DNA of 64,000 nt. Source: Amphiscolops sp. MND2022 (taxonomy: Eukaryota). Below, piece after piece: positions 23,523 through 36,355 of this stretch. Location: NCBI GenBank assembly GCA_964187785.1, contig OZ076409.1:61444001-61508000 (forward strand). Reading direction: 5' to 3'. The notes under the pieces were generated by a model that ran no database searches, was not told the origin of the DNA, and saw nothing but the letters and a program-made list of their open reading frames with translations. Both the position numbers and the translations under genes were made by a program. The stretch's first letter is position 1. Every line of letters starts with the position of its first letter.

Positions 23523-25725
23523 ATTAGAGTTATGAAATACTGTAATTTGATTGGTTGTTACCATTAATTCAATGATAATTTCACTTGACTGCTTAACTGG
23601 AGGGAATTAAATTAATGGATGGGGAATTAACAGAAATGATCCGAAGTATGTAACGCTATTAATCCTAAAAGCGTAATTGTAATTGAGCGTGAAGATCTTA
23701 ATTACGAGTAGCGTCATGAGAGATGAACCATACTGTAATAAATGAATTCGACCCGTGATTGTAAAATTTGTTTTGGACTCGATTTGACGAGACCACATTC
23801 GTCTGAAGGAAACAGTATTATCGAAAACTGTGAAAATAAAAATGTAATAAATCCTAATGTTGATCACAAACGTTTTTGTTAACAAAAACTTAAAAGCATT
23901 GCATTTCACTACTGATTTTGTTCCCAATTTATTTTAGTTCAATTTTCGAATGCCTTGAATGTGGAAAAACCTTCATTTTCAATCGTTCAGACGCTTTTCC
24001 AACAAAAGTGTCTACTTGGATATTTTTCATTGCAAAGAAACCATCTTGAACAGGACATTTCAGAGGAAGAAACCTGAATGTAATGTATTAAGATGGGACA
24101 TAAAATTACTTTTGAAAAAACCCATATAATTATAGTTTTCATCAAGTTTTCTGTAAACAAAACATATTACGTCATTATTGGATGCATTAGTCTTTCTCAA
24201 TAATACAAACTTGCAAAACCAGGCCTGTGAGACGTGTAAACTTGCAAAAAACAAACTTGCAAAAAGTTGCTCCCCGTATTTTCCAACACTTCCTTGAACT
24301 CTTTTTACTGATTTATTTGAGTGCAGTGGTGCAAATACGTACCGCGATGCTAAATAGGGTTAATGGTGCGGTGATCTGACAAACTTATGTTTCCAATGAG
24401 CCTTGTCAACAACGCTTAGCAGTAGTCGGCTCGAAAAACTTTCATTAGGAACATTGTTTTTGCAGTGCACGACGGAAGTTTGCATTTGTGTAAACCCCCA
24501 GGAAAGAGACGAGAGAGAGAGAGGATGTCTACTTGGTGGTTTCGTTGAGCATTTGGAAAGAAAATGTTTTTTTTCCGAGCCCACCAAACTTCTTCTTACA
24601 ATTTGCTTTGATGGTTCTCTCCTTTTTGGCTGAACAGAATGACCGAATCACGGATTGTCGCTCTTGGGGCGTCTCATACCCCTGTATCTCTACAATTACG
24701 TCTCTATAATCTGTGTACTATGATATTTGATGACGCACTGTCAACAATACTGTACTAAATGAATTGGACCTCTGATTGTAAAAATTGCTTAGGAGTCGAT
24801 TAAAAGAGACCAAAATCTTCTGAACGGAGAAGTGTTTCGAAAACTGTAGACTGAAAGTTTAATGAACTTTAATGTTAATTAAATCATTTTTATTTGAAAA
24901 TTTTAATATCAATATAGAAAAACCGATACAACTCAAGCAGTGTGGTCCCGCGTTGAACCAATCCAAGAACTGTGGTCCCTCATTTAGGCTGTGGTCCTTT
25001 AGTTAAAATTCATTTTAGGTCTCCAATTCTATATCTGCCCTTCTTAATCGAACTTTCTAAATTTTTTGCGATGAAGACCGCCACACTTTTTCTCCTCTTT
25101 TCATTTTTACTTCGGACATTTCACGACCACATGTGGAAAATCCGAGGCAGTGTCTTGCCAAAACTTTAAAATATGTTTTTCTTCGAACATTGGGTTTCAG
25201 TTCAGTTGCCATGTCACTAGAGAAAAAATTTTGATTGCAAACACTCGATGCGAATGGTATTTCTGTTCTTTTTCACTTTCTCAGGTATTTTTTACCATTT
25301 ATTAGCTTTCGAAAAACTGTAGAAAAAAATTCAATCAAAAACTGTGAAAATGAAACACTTCAAACAACTGAAAGAGCAGAATTTTCATTTTGTTTTGTGA
25401 ACATGTAAGTGTAATAAATACAATAGAAATAAAACTAATAATAATAATAAAAATAATAATAAAAAATATAGCTTTTCCATGAAAACAAAGAAACAATCAA
25501 AAATCAAACCAGCAGAAACTCGAAGTGCGAGCAACACAACTGGAGCGTTGCCTGAAAATTATCAGCGGAATATTGCGCCTAAAGTTTCGACTGATAACTA
25601 GTCAACGAGATTGCAGCTAGAGACGGCTTTATACCTCTCAAAATTTAGTTCACCTCAACAAAATCAGTCTCTTGGTTAACACGTCGGGCAACTATCAGGC
25701 AGGTGGCTCTTCCACAAAAACTTAG

Positions 25726-26768
25726 TGTCGGAATGTGTTTCGTGTCCAATTGGGACAGTGTTTAATTCGTTCCCTTCTCTATTACTAGAGGATATCTTTT
25801 CAGTTAGTGCTAGGACGAGATTCGTTAAGTCGCTAATCGGTTTATTCTTTTCGGAAAAGCGTAAGTCCACTGTATGCCTATCATTACCATTCTGATAGTT
25901 TAATAAATCACCATCATTGAATTCGTTTATCTGATCTCTCATAAGGATCTCCGGTACACTACTATCGTTTTCAGAGTCGCTGTTTCTATCCATTCCGCTC
26001 ATATCTACTAGAGTATTTCTTGCTGTCTGAGATCTCGTGTTAACCATAAAGACAGATGTGGAAGTTTTTTAAGTATAATTGAATTATTGAAGGATGATTT
26101 TTAGGTAGATATTGTAACTGAAGATTATTATAAGGTTGATGTAGTTGGTAACTGCACGTCGTTGCATAGCAATTGTTAATGGCCGTCAGTTGGTATGATG
26201 ATGTTGGTCACGTGACTTCATCAACCAATCATATTGCATAAATATAATGGTGTTAATTTGCACCTTGTATTTGGTAGCGCAATTTGCGTCTAAAGGTATG
26301 AGTGCAGTGATGGTACGTTGCTATGGTTACATGATTCATTGTTCAAAACATACTAGTACTATATGTAGTATAATTGCACTTGTGAAAGTATGACGATTTT
26401 GTATCACTAACGTTGAGGATAATACATGTTACTATATGATGATGTCGTAGCACCAACATCGACTAATTGATAGAATTTGGAATGAGTAATAACATTGCAA
26501 GTACTTTTAGCACACGATTTAACGTATTCAATACAACTACGTCAAATACTAGAAGCGGTTTGATGTCAGATAAAAATGGTTTATTCTGCACAAATGTATG
26601 GATGATGCATGTATGACGACCACGTCACATTATATTCATGTAAAAATGTTTGAGTTGACTCAACAATTTTCACGCAGTTTCCAAGTATGGGATTTTTCCA
26701 GTTACTTGTATAGAGTAAGCGCGGAAATTTTAATTCTCCTCCACTATCAGCAATGAGTTTCAGTTGCA
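25726..26768 (-). mobile_element. Duplicate solo LTR (1043 bp) with an internal deletion
   Basis: TG...CA termini; perfect TSD CTTAG (25721-25725, 26769-26773); leader ORF 26047-25726. Confidence 0.83.
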
Positions 26769-28002
26769 CTTAGAGTTATGAAATACTGTAATTTGATTGG
26801 TTGTTGTACCATTAATTCAATGATAATTTCACTTGACTGCTTAACTGGAGGGAATTAAATTGATGGAGGGGGAATTAACAGAAAAGATCCGAAGTATGTA
26901 ACGCTATTAATCCTGAAAGCGTAATTGTAATTGAGCGTGAAGATCTTAATTACGAGTAGCGTCATGAGAGATGAACCGTACAATAATAAATGAATTGGAC
27001 CCGTGATTGTAAAATTTGTTTTGGACTCGATTTGACGAGACCACATTCGTCTGAAGGAAACAGTATCATCGAAAACTGTGAAATTAAAAATGTAATAAAT
27101 CTTAATGTTGATCACAAACGTTTTTGTTTGAAAATTCTGCGACCAATATACGAAAACTTAAAAGCACTGCATTTTACTACTGATTTTGTTTCCAATTTTT
27201 TAAGTTCAATTTTCGAATGCCTTGAAAGTAGAAAAACCTTCATTTTCAATCGTTCAGACGCTTTTCCAACAAAAGTGTCTACTGGGATATTTTTCATTGC
27301 AAAGAAACCATCTTGAACAAGACATTTCAGAGGAAGAAACTTGAATGTAATGTATTAAGATGGGGCATAAAATTACTTTTGAAAAAACTTTTAAATAATT
27401 ATAGTTTTCATCAAGTTTTCTGTAAATAAAACATATTATCGTCATTATTGGATGCATTAGTTTTCTCAATAATACAAAATTGGAAAACCAGGCCTGTGAG
27501 ACGTGTAAAATTGCAAAAAGTTGCTCCCCGTTTTTTCCAACACTTCCTTGAACTCTATTTACTGATTTATTTGAGTGCAGTGGTGCAATTACGTACCGCG
27601 ATGCTAAATAGGGTTAATGGTGCGGTGATCTGACAAACTCATGTTTTCAATGAGCCTTGTCAACAACGCTTAGCAGTAGTCTGCTCGAAAAACTTTCATT
27701 AGGAACATTGTTTTTGCAGTGCACGACGGAAGTTTGCATTTGTGTAAACCCCCAGGAAAGAGACGAGAGAGAGAGGATGGTCTACTTGGAGGTTTCGTTG
27801 AGCATTTGGAAAGAAAATGTTTTTTTTTCCGAGCCCACCAAACTTCTTCTGACAATTTGCTTTGATGGTTCTCCCCTTTTGGCTGAACAGAATGACCGAA
27901 TCACGGATTGTCGGTCTTGGGCCGTCTCATACCCCTGTATCTCTACGATTACGTCTCTATAATCTGTGTACTATGATATTTGATGACGCACTGTCAACAA
28001 TA

Positions 28003-29267
28003 CTGTACTAAATGAATTGGACCTCTGATTGTAAAAATTGCTTAGGAGTCGATTAAAGGAGACCAAAATCTTCTGAACGGAGAAGTGTTTTCGAAAACTG
28101 TAGACTGGAAGTTTATTGACTTTTATTTTTGATTACACCATTTTTATTTGAAAATTCTGATATCAATATAGAAAAACCGATACAATTCAGGCAGTGTGGT
28201 CCCGCGTTGAATTTATCCAAGCACTGTGGTCCCTCATTTAGGCTGTGGTCCTTTAGTTAAAATTCATTTTGGGTCTCGAAATCTATATCTGCCCTTCTTA
28301 ATCGAACTTTCTAAATTTTTTGCGATGGACACCGCCACACTTTTTCTCCTCTTTTCATTTTTACTTCGGACATTTCACGACCACATGTGGCAAATCCGAG
28401 GCAGTGTCTTGCCAAAACTTGTTTATCTCTCAAAAATCCAACTGCAGAGGAATAGTTTGCCGTATGCTGGCTCTCAAAAGCAAGATTCATGTTCTCATTA
28501 TTAGTCCAGGCAAACTGGTGAATGGATGATCATGACGCTAATTATGCTCATTGTCAACTATACAAACAAACCATTCATAGAGAATGCAGTTACTAGTGCG
28601 GGGACCACTCTGCTTGAAATGGTTTCGGCTCGGTTGCAGGATAGTCAGAGGCACCGCTTTGCTTGAACTGTGCCCAAAAACTCAGAAGCTATGCGTTTAA
28701 CTACTGATTTCTAACTTAATTCAATTTCCGAAAGCCTTGAGTTGAAAAAATGTCATTTTCAATCTTTCAGGTGGGTTTTTAACAAAAATGTCCACTTTGA
28801 TTTTTTTGTTGGAAGATTTTGACACGAAACCTTCTTGAACATGACATTTCAGAGGAAGAAACTTCAAAGCAATGTTTTAAGATAGGGCTCAAAACTCAGG
28901 TTTCAGAAACCCATATATAACTATAGTTTTTCTTCGGATTTTCTGTAAACAAAACGGGCATTCTATTGTCATTAGTGGATGGATTAGATTGTGTCAATGA
29001 TACAAAATTGCAAAACCGGTCTGCGGGACGTGTAAATTTGCGATACGTTTCTCATTGATCAAGATTTAGTAGTAAATACGTGCTGTTGAAAGTGATTATA
29101 CAAAGCTACAAAATTGTTTGCAAAACTGGTTCTGAAGTGTTTTCACGAATTTATTGATATTTGAACAAGCATTTTTTGATTACCTCCAAAATAAATCGGG
29201 TTTCGAGCTAATTTAATTTTAGTCCAAATCATTTTTTACAATCAGGGGTCCAATTCATTTATTACAG
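28003..29267. mobile_element. TA-flanked non-autonomous TIR element
   Basis: ~38-bp TIRs CTGTA(C/A)TAAATGAATTGGACC.CTGATTGTAAAAA with TA flanks; related left arms near 23732, 24750 and 26980. Confidence 0.75.
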
Positions 29268-32200
29268 TATGGTATACGGTCTATGATTTACTGTGATTTA
29301 TTGTCGATTTGTTGCCCATTTTAAATTCAATAGTCTGAGTCGCCCTTGGCGGATCACCTCGTGGAATAAATTGTTCTGTCGAAATTCAGTAAATTGAAGA
29401 ATGCAAAGTTAGAGATTAACTGATATCCTACGGCTTTTTTGACCAAGATTGTGAATGTCACTATTCAGTGTTGTTTGTTTTATTTGCAGTAAATTTGGTA
29501 TTTCCGTTTTGAATCGTGTACTGGGGCGACATCCCAGCTGCTTTGATTTGGTAATAGCGCCAAGAACATATCCGGCAATTTAAATCATCTCCAGCTCGTC
29601 CCACAAAACTTTTTGAATTTCCTGAACTACTTCACTGGATTTTTTATGAACTAATTTACTCACTTTAGCCGTTTTCTTTTAATACAATCTTCTTGTTATT
29701 TAAATAGTTTTGTTGTTCTTTTTTGATGTAAAATACTTTCTTTTTCCGGCGCCAGTTAGTTAAGTTAATGGAAATCAGTGCCTAATTCGTATCAGCGTCT
29801 CCGAAAAGCCCTTTGACGAAAAGTAAAGGACACAGAATTGAGCTTCAGTCCGAAGTTTGATTATTACTTTTCATTTGAAGTGTGTTGAAACTGAGAGTTT
29901 GATTCACGAGAAAATTTTTCTTTCATTGAAGGACTTCGAAGATATTACCAGTAAGATAGGGCACTGCGTCTCTAAACGTCTGAAAGACACGGAGCTAGGA
30001 AACGTGAAATCCTAAAATTAGAATATTAGAGATTTTATCGCCGAAAGTTGACTCTTTGCAGTTAGTAAGTTAAGGCCCGAGTAGCTCGACCGGAAGGGTA
30101 ACATCCCATTAAAATGTACTATAAGACACCATCATAGGTGTTGATAATTAAACGCAAGACACTAGCCCAGGTAATTACAACACTGGCTGTTTTCTGTTTG
30201 CTCAATCTTCAGAAGTCCTATGTTATCCGGAAAAAAGAATTTCTCAAAAAGTTTACAAAGCACACGAAGATTCCCACAAAGAACAGACACCATAGCATCT
30301 CCAAAAAGCTAACAACGGAAAAGTTAGAGAAGTTTATCCAAGGAATTCCATCCTCGCGTTATATTTAATTACATTTTCTGTGGACTCAAAAGATCTTTTT
30401 TTTTCAACTGAGAATACTGAGAGTTGTTCAAAAAACGTTGAACAGTGCCGCAAAAAATACGTATACATAGGAGTGTGTTCTCCGAATAAGTATGTCAAAA
30501 TTGAAAATAGGAACTTTGGAAACCTTTTTGCACTTCTTTAGACCTTGTGTTGACGTGGAACTCAGTAATTTGAAGTGAAAACACTACGGAGGATAACTGT
30601 AAATTGATGATGAAATGAGAATGTTTGAATGCTGTCTCTTTTTAGATTAGGCTCAAGGCAAATGACGCTCAGCCTAGGCCGAAGCTTAACAATGTTACTG
30701 GTACTTATTTACAAACATGACTGCTTGTTCATTTAATCTCTATCACACCTTGGTATAATGTAAATTTTTGTAGACCTTTTTCGGTCACTTCGATCCTATT
30801 GAGAGAAAAAACAAGATGAAAACCACTTGTTACGGAAGCCTTTGGTACAACGAGTTTCCAGAAAAAGTCGACCAAAAATTCGTTCAAATCTGACGTGGCA
30901 AATTGATCATGTTTTGGCCAAAGTACATGTCAAAAAGCTGTTCAGAAGACGAAGCAAGCCGCCCGCGGAGACGACCGAACGGGAAACCGGCGTGTAGAAG
31001 CCCGAGCGCTTAGAAAACTCATAAATAGACTCTTTTTGAAGTGCTAACTCCGGTATTTACCGATTCTCTGAGTTATGCTACCCAATGTAGCAAGAACCGG
31101 AAAAAAGCGTCTTTTCGCTTAATTATCCTTGTTTGGTGCTTGGAGTCCCTGCGCCCCAGCTTGTAGTTGTGTGGTTTGCCATATTCAATCCTGTTTTGAT
31201 GTATTTTCAATGGTTTTAGCTAGCTCGAGCGCTAGTTTTCGCAGTTTAGATCTTATTCCCCATTTTAGACCCTTTTCCCATGTCACCCTGGAATTTCACC
31301 CTGGAATTGAAAATTTACACTGTTCATCCTTGGCGTTGTTATTAAAGGCTGTCTAGACGGTGGTTGTGAAGAGAAAAAGCATAATGCCCGTTATTCTCAG
31401 CAGTTACAGACTGGAACAGGCCGGAGAGCATCCTTTAAGACGGTTCCCCATCCTCGGGACCGGCTATTCTTAGGAGGACAAAGTGAGCTGATATCATGGT
31501 GGTTTGTCCCGGACCATATCCATGGTACCAGTTCCTCCACTCCAATGTTACGATACAATCGCTTAGCGCTTGCCGTTACAACTAATATGGTTGCATTTTA
31601 TTTCAAGTGCCAACTAAAAACTAGTCAGTGTAACAAAAATATCATTGACTTACCCTGGAGAAGGCTCTGGCTGGTAAGGAGTGGCTTCTTTGGCTTTTCT
31701 GTTTTTGGCTGCTCTGCATTTTCACTGGATGCTTCTGTTAAAGGTTTTCTATGGTCTGACGGGACTGACTGTTAGTGTTGTTGAAACTTTCACAGCTACA
31801 CATTTGAAAGGTTTCTTCTTTGAAAGTTTGCAGAACCATTTCAAAAAATCATCATTGGTCGGTTCCGGGCATTATTAAAAATTTTCTGACTTTTCTTTCA
31901 TTTTCAAAAAAGGAGGTTTAGTTTATTTGGAAAAAATTTGCTCTTACTAAATCCGAATATATACGAGAATTAAAAAACAGAATTGAGTTTAGTTTACTTT
32001 TGGGGCGAAAAGGAAAAAAACTGAAAAAGCAACAGATGAATTTTCGCACATATTCTCAGCATATGTTTTTTCAACCCCTTCTTCAAATGATTCACCTAAC
32101 TCCGGATAAATGAGCCTCTACGCAACTGTTGTAATCCGATCAAGGCATACATTCGGGTAGTTGAATGTTCAATGATCAAACACCACTCTTTGATATGATT

Positions 32201-32781
32201 CATTATTACATAATAAAAACTTTGTGATTATAGCAAAATACACTGTGAAACAAACACGTCAACTTTCGGTGTTCTGAAGATATGATATGAAAAGTATGAA
32301 ACATAACATTTTTCATTCGAAAAAGAAGTCTTCAAAATTCATATTTTTGAAAAAAAAACAATATTGTGAGTTTCATATTCAGAAAATTTTGGTAGCCTTT
32401 AATAAACGCAATTCAGCGTTTGTTGTCTTTTGTACTTTAGTCATGGACATTTGAGTTGCTGTTTTTCTTCCGAGAACACGAATGCCCAACACTAGTTCTT
32501 TTTTGTTCAACTGATTGTGAAGTTTGATTGTGAAGTTTGATTGTGAACTGATTCGAGTGGAAACTGGTGACAAATAAAGAGTTTATACCATTTTGAAGCT
32601 GATGAAATGGGAAAAGTATTCAAAAAAGTTTTGCCACTGTTGGAAATTAGGGCATTTTGGACCGTGATGATTATCTGTCCAACGAATGAATGAATGCAAT
32701 ATGCTCCCTAGTCGAGATTGCTTGAACTTTTTACATGCTGCCTGGAAACATTCAACAACAGAAGCATTCAAATTTATTGAT

Positions 32782-33293
32782 TGTCACATCATACGAAGTT
32801 CTTAGGCCAAAACTGGATCGTAGCTTCAGAAATCTGCAACACTAGACAAGCTTCTGTTTCTCCAAAAAACTAGAACTGCGGCCACGTCTGAACCACTCTA
32901 ACTGCAAGGACGATGAGTGTCATGCCAGCATGATGGAAATGTAATCTACTTAATATCTGTAATGTAAATATTATGTCTTATGTACTTAGATATGGGCAAT
33001 ATGATGTCATATAATAAGGGCCATGGTTGTGAGCAACCCTACGTTACTTGTACTTTAATCCCTTCCCCTTTTGAGTGTGAGTTATATATTTACTTAATAC
33101 TGAGCGCTCTAGTTCCGGTGTCCGCATAAATGATCTTGCCAGAATCGAGCCTTGAAAGTGCTATATTTCATAAATATTGGTTTGTCACGACAAGGGAGAG
33201 AAGTTTTCCGGTCAGACTGGACCGAGGAATATTGGAAGTAATGGAAAATATAACTTCTACTAATTCCCCGCCTCAGAGTATGTAGTTGTGACA
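32782..33293. mobile_element. Possible solo LTR
   Basis: TGTCACA...TGTGACA inverted termini, but no matching TSD. Confidence 0.25.
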
Positions 33294-33299
33294 AATTCT

Positions 33300-34195
33300 A
33301 TTAAATTCATCACAAATTCATCGTCGAATTTGATGACGATTTTGATCTGATCAGAAATTTCACTTGGATCCATCAGCGGGTTCAACGGTGCTTTTAACCA
33401 AAGTTCATCGCAATCCCATCCTTAAAGTTTGCGAGTGAACAAAACATGGGACTTTAAACTGACTTTCATCAGAAATCCATAAGCGGATTTTATGGGACTT
33501 ATTCTAGTAAAACTCATCTTTAATTCATCGTGATTATTTCATTTAGTAATTCCTGAATGTGCTTCTCATTTCTAAAGAACAGTAGTCCATCCTTTATTCA
33601 TCGCGTTCACTAGTACAGAAGAGAAATGAGAAAGTACATCCTTAATTCATCCTAAAAAGAGTGAAAGTGCTGGTTATCTGATTTGTTTAGTAAACCCATC
33701 CTCAATTCATCTTGATTTCGTTTGTGCTGAAAAGTAACCATTTTAGTGGGTGAGTTCATCCTAAACTCATCGCTAAATCGAACTGCTTTAGTATTCGGTG
33801 TTTTAACCGGTGAGTTCATCCCAAACTCATCGTCAATTTGTATTGCTCTGGTATTTGCTGTTTTAACTGACAAGTTCATCCTAAACCCATCGCCAAAAAT
33901 CTCCTGTATTAGAATTAGCGTTTATCGACTGAATTCATCCCTAATTCATCGTCATTTGAATCTGTGCTGGAAATTGACAAATTGTACATGGAGTTCATCC
34001 TTTTGTCATCGTCAGTTTGAATTGTGTTGATTTCCGAGCGAGAAAGACTACCATTCATCGCATTTTCATCCAGAGCTAAACTATACTTAGAAATCAGCAA
34101 ATATTCTTACAAGTTCATCGCATTTCCATCTTCAAGTTTTAAATCATTGATTTTGGTGCTAGAATCAGCGGAAAACATCGTTTCCCCATCCCAAA
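33300..34195. repeat. Degenerate ~60-bp minisatellite (GAGTTCATCCTAAACTCATCG core)
   Basis: Core recurs at 60-bp spacing at ~33752, 33812, 33872, 33931 and 33991, decaying outward. Confidence 0.85.
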
Positions 34196-34276
34196 GTGTG
34201 CTTTACCTTAAGTTTGCTTGAAATTAGTGCGTTATTGAATAATTCGAGCCCATTTTAGTTACTAAAGAAACCATGA

Positions 34277-35159
34277 TGTTATGTGCAGGCAATTGCGACA
34301 CTGTAAATTGATGACTAAACACCATTAACACATGTAGATGTACCATGGTGCGTGGCCACTTTGCGGCAGTTCACAACACCGGTCACGTGACTTACCATTT
34401 TAACACCAGCTTGTAACAGCCAATGAGAGAAGGTTGGTAAGAGATTTAGCGTCTTACCAACCGAAAAGACACGTGAACTGCTGTAATTTGGACCGCCATT
34501 AAATATTACTCAGCCCGAATTGCGACAAGCTACCGACCAGTTGGATATTTTAACATGCAAAAGTCAGAAAACACATCTCTATTTCATCTTCAGAAATTGA
34601 GAAATTTAAACTGAGTAATTTCTTGGTACATCTACGACTGCGATGAACATTGGATGAACTTCTTCTGAATAACTTGCTAGTTTTCTTTTCCTTATATAAC
34701 TGCTTACTTATTTGTACGACTACTTTCTAAAACATCTCAGTTCAAATTAGTGAATTTTGGGATCGAACATTCAGTTAAATCAGCAAGATACATCGAAAAC
34801 ACATCTCAGATAATTCAGTCTTCACTCATAATTCTTTTCTCTCGAATACATGAATCCGGACCAAGGCACTGAACTTAGAAGCGGTAGAGTTATACATTCC
34901 TCGTCAGGAACATCTTCTCCAATAGATCCAGACATGGCTCAATCGTCCGCCAATGACTCTGACAATAACGAACCTTCAGATATCTCGTCCCAATTGTCTG
35001 AAATAAAAGAGAACTATGAGAAGAAGATAAATGAGTTACAAAGCGAATTTAGTCAACTGAAGAACTTATTGATGGCAGTTATTAGTAAAAATGATGAAAA
35101 TAACTTACCTTCAACATCGCAAAGTTCTTCAAAGCCGACGCACAGAGTTGGGCTCGACA
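34277..35159 (+). repeat. 5' LTR (883 bp), including the first 103 Gag codons
   Basis: 34828-35159 is repeated at 44275-44606; ends CA directly before TGG. Confidence 0.85.
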
Positions 35160-36355
35160 TGGTGACAGGAGTTACAGAAACCCGCTCCACCCGCCCGACA
35201 TCCAGCTTCACAAACTTCAGGCGATACCAGGAAGACGACTCGGACGAAGAAGGTGAATCAACTCCTAGAAGCCATGAGGAACGACTACTCAATGCAATCG
35301 AGACGATCCCCCAACGAATCAAAAGCACCACCACCAACACGAAACTACTACAGACACACGTCCCAAATTTCAGAGGCCAAAAAGACAAATTCGTGGAACT
35401 CGAGCACCTTCTCCTCAACCACCTTAGCCCGCTCGCCAACAAAATCACCGAAGAGAACAAACTCCACTTCTTTCAAAGCCTTTTGAGAGATGATGCAATA
35501 GAGTACTGGCAATCCATCCAGATAACGCCACTAACAACGCTGAAAGATGTGCTCGACCTCTTCAGGAAAGAATTCGCGAAAGAGGATCTTAAAGAAGTAG
35601 CTCGATACAAATGGGATCGAGCCCGTTACGATCCCACCACAGAAACATTCAGCGACTTCCTCAAAAACTTGAAAAAGATTGCGAAACAAGCGTTTGGGGA
35701 AGAAGCGGATAAAATCATCAAAATGTTCTTGTTCGGTAAACTCCCAGTCGAAATACAACAAGAACTTACGATGGCCAATAAGGAGGAGAGCTCACCAGAA
35801 GAAATCAAGACATACTTGATGAGAAAGTACCAGTACCAACAGTACGTTGCGCCACCTACGACGATTCAACCATTTAACGCGGTCACCTCCTCGGTCCCAA
35901 CGACCAACACAACGATTAAACCAGCAACAACGACGACAACACAACCGACAGAACGAAAACGATTTGAGGGACAATGCTTCTACTGCGGAAAGACAGGTCA
36001 CCGCAAAACAGAATGCCGCGCCCGACAACGTGACGAAGCAAACGGCATTAAGAAAGAAGATGCAATTCCGATGAAGAAAGCAACCGACACAGACAAACCG
36101 AAGTACAATCCCAAGCTGGTTTGCCAGATTTGTGGATACACCGGCCACTCTGCAAGAGACTGCAGGCGACGCATTCCCAAGGAAAGCAGCTCTGCATATG
36201 GAAAGATTCCATACACAACAAATTCACAGGACGACAACAAGGCTAGACGACAAGATTTAAAACGACAGCAAAAGCCGATGAATCCAATGCAAGCAATTAC
36301 TGAGGACGACGAACAACTAAGCTACTCTGATGAAGACATTAACCAGGGTTTTTGA
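34850..36355 (+). CDS. gag: Gag (501 aa)
   Basis: Intact ORF; capsid-like LHFFQSLLRDDAIEYW; two CCHC knuckles CFYCGKTGHRKTEC and CQICGYTGHSARDC. Confidence 0.93.
   Translation: MNPDQGTELRSGRVIHSSSGTSSPIDPDMAQSSANDSDNNEPSDISSQLSEIKENYEKKINELQSEFSQLKNLLMAVISKNDENNLPSTSQSSSKPTHRVGLDMVTGVTETRSTRPTSSFTNFRRYQEDDSDEEGESTPRSHEERLLNAIETIPQRIKSTTTNTKLLQTHVPNFRGQKDKFVELEHLLLNHLSPLANKITEENKLHFFQSLLRDDAIEYWQSIQITPLTTLKDVLDLFRKEFAKEDLKEVARYKWDRARYDPTTETFSDFLKNLKKIAKQAFGEEADKIIKMFLFGKLPVEIQQELTMANKEESSPEEIKTYLMRKYQYQQYVAPPTTIQPFNAVTSSVPTTNTTIKPATTTTTQPTERKRFEGQCFYCGKTGHRKTECRARQRDEANGIKKEDAIPMKKATDTDKPKYNPKLVCQICGYTGHSARDCRRRIPKESSSAYGKIPYTTNSQDDNKARRQDLKRQQKPMNPMQAITEDDEQLSYSDEDINQGF
35160..35172 (+). promoter_or_regulatory. 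Putative primer-binding site inside the gag ORF
   Basis: TGGTGACAGGAGT immediately after the LTR-terminal CA; cognate tRNA not identified. Confidence 0.7.
36346..36352 (+). promoter_or_regulatory. Candidate -1 ribosomal frameshift heptamer G GGT TTT
   Basis: X XXY YYZ heptamer directly before the gag stop; pol opens in the -1 frame. Confidence 0.7.

Larger units (their letters stand above)
21688..28420. repeat. Tandem duplication: unit 1 ~21688-25166, unit 2 ~25167-28420
   Basis: Colinear near-identical sequence from CTTCGAACATTGGG to GTCTTGCCAAAACTT in both units; duplicated ORFs (e.g. 22188/25676, 24972/28226). Confidence 0.95.

Noticed and set aside
23607..23927. Hydrophobic ORF suggesting a membrane-protein exon (also 26855-27115)
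   Set aside because: It spans the TIR of a non-autonomous DNA element in AT-rich sequence
33300..34195. Regularly spaced repeats resembling a CRISPR array (also 47980-48715)
   Set aside because: Units are degenerate, the intervening sequences are related to each other, no cas genes, eukaryotic context: minisatellites
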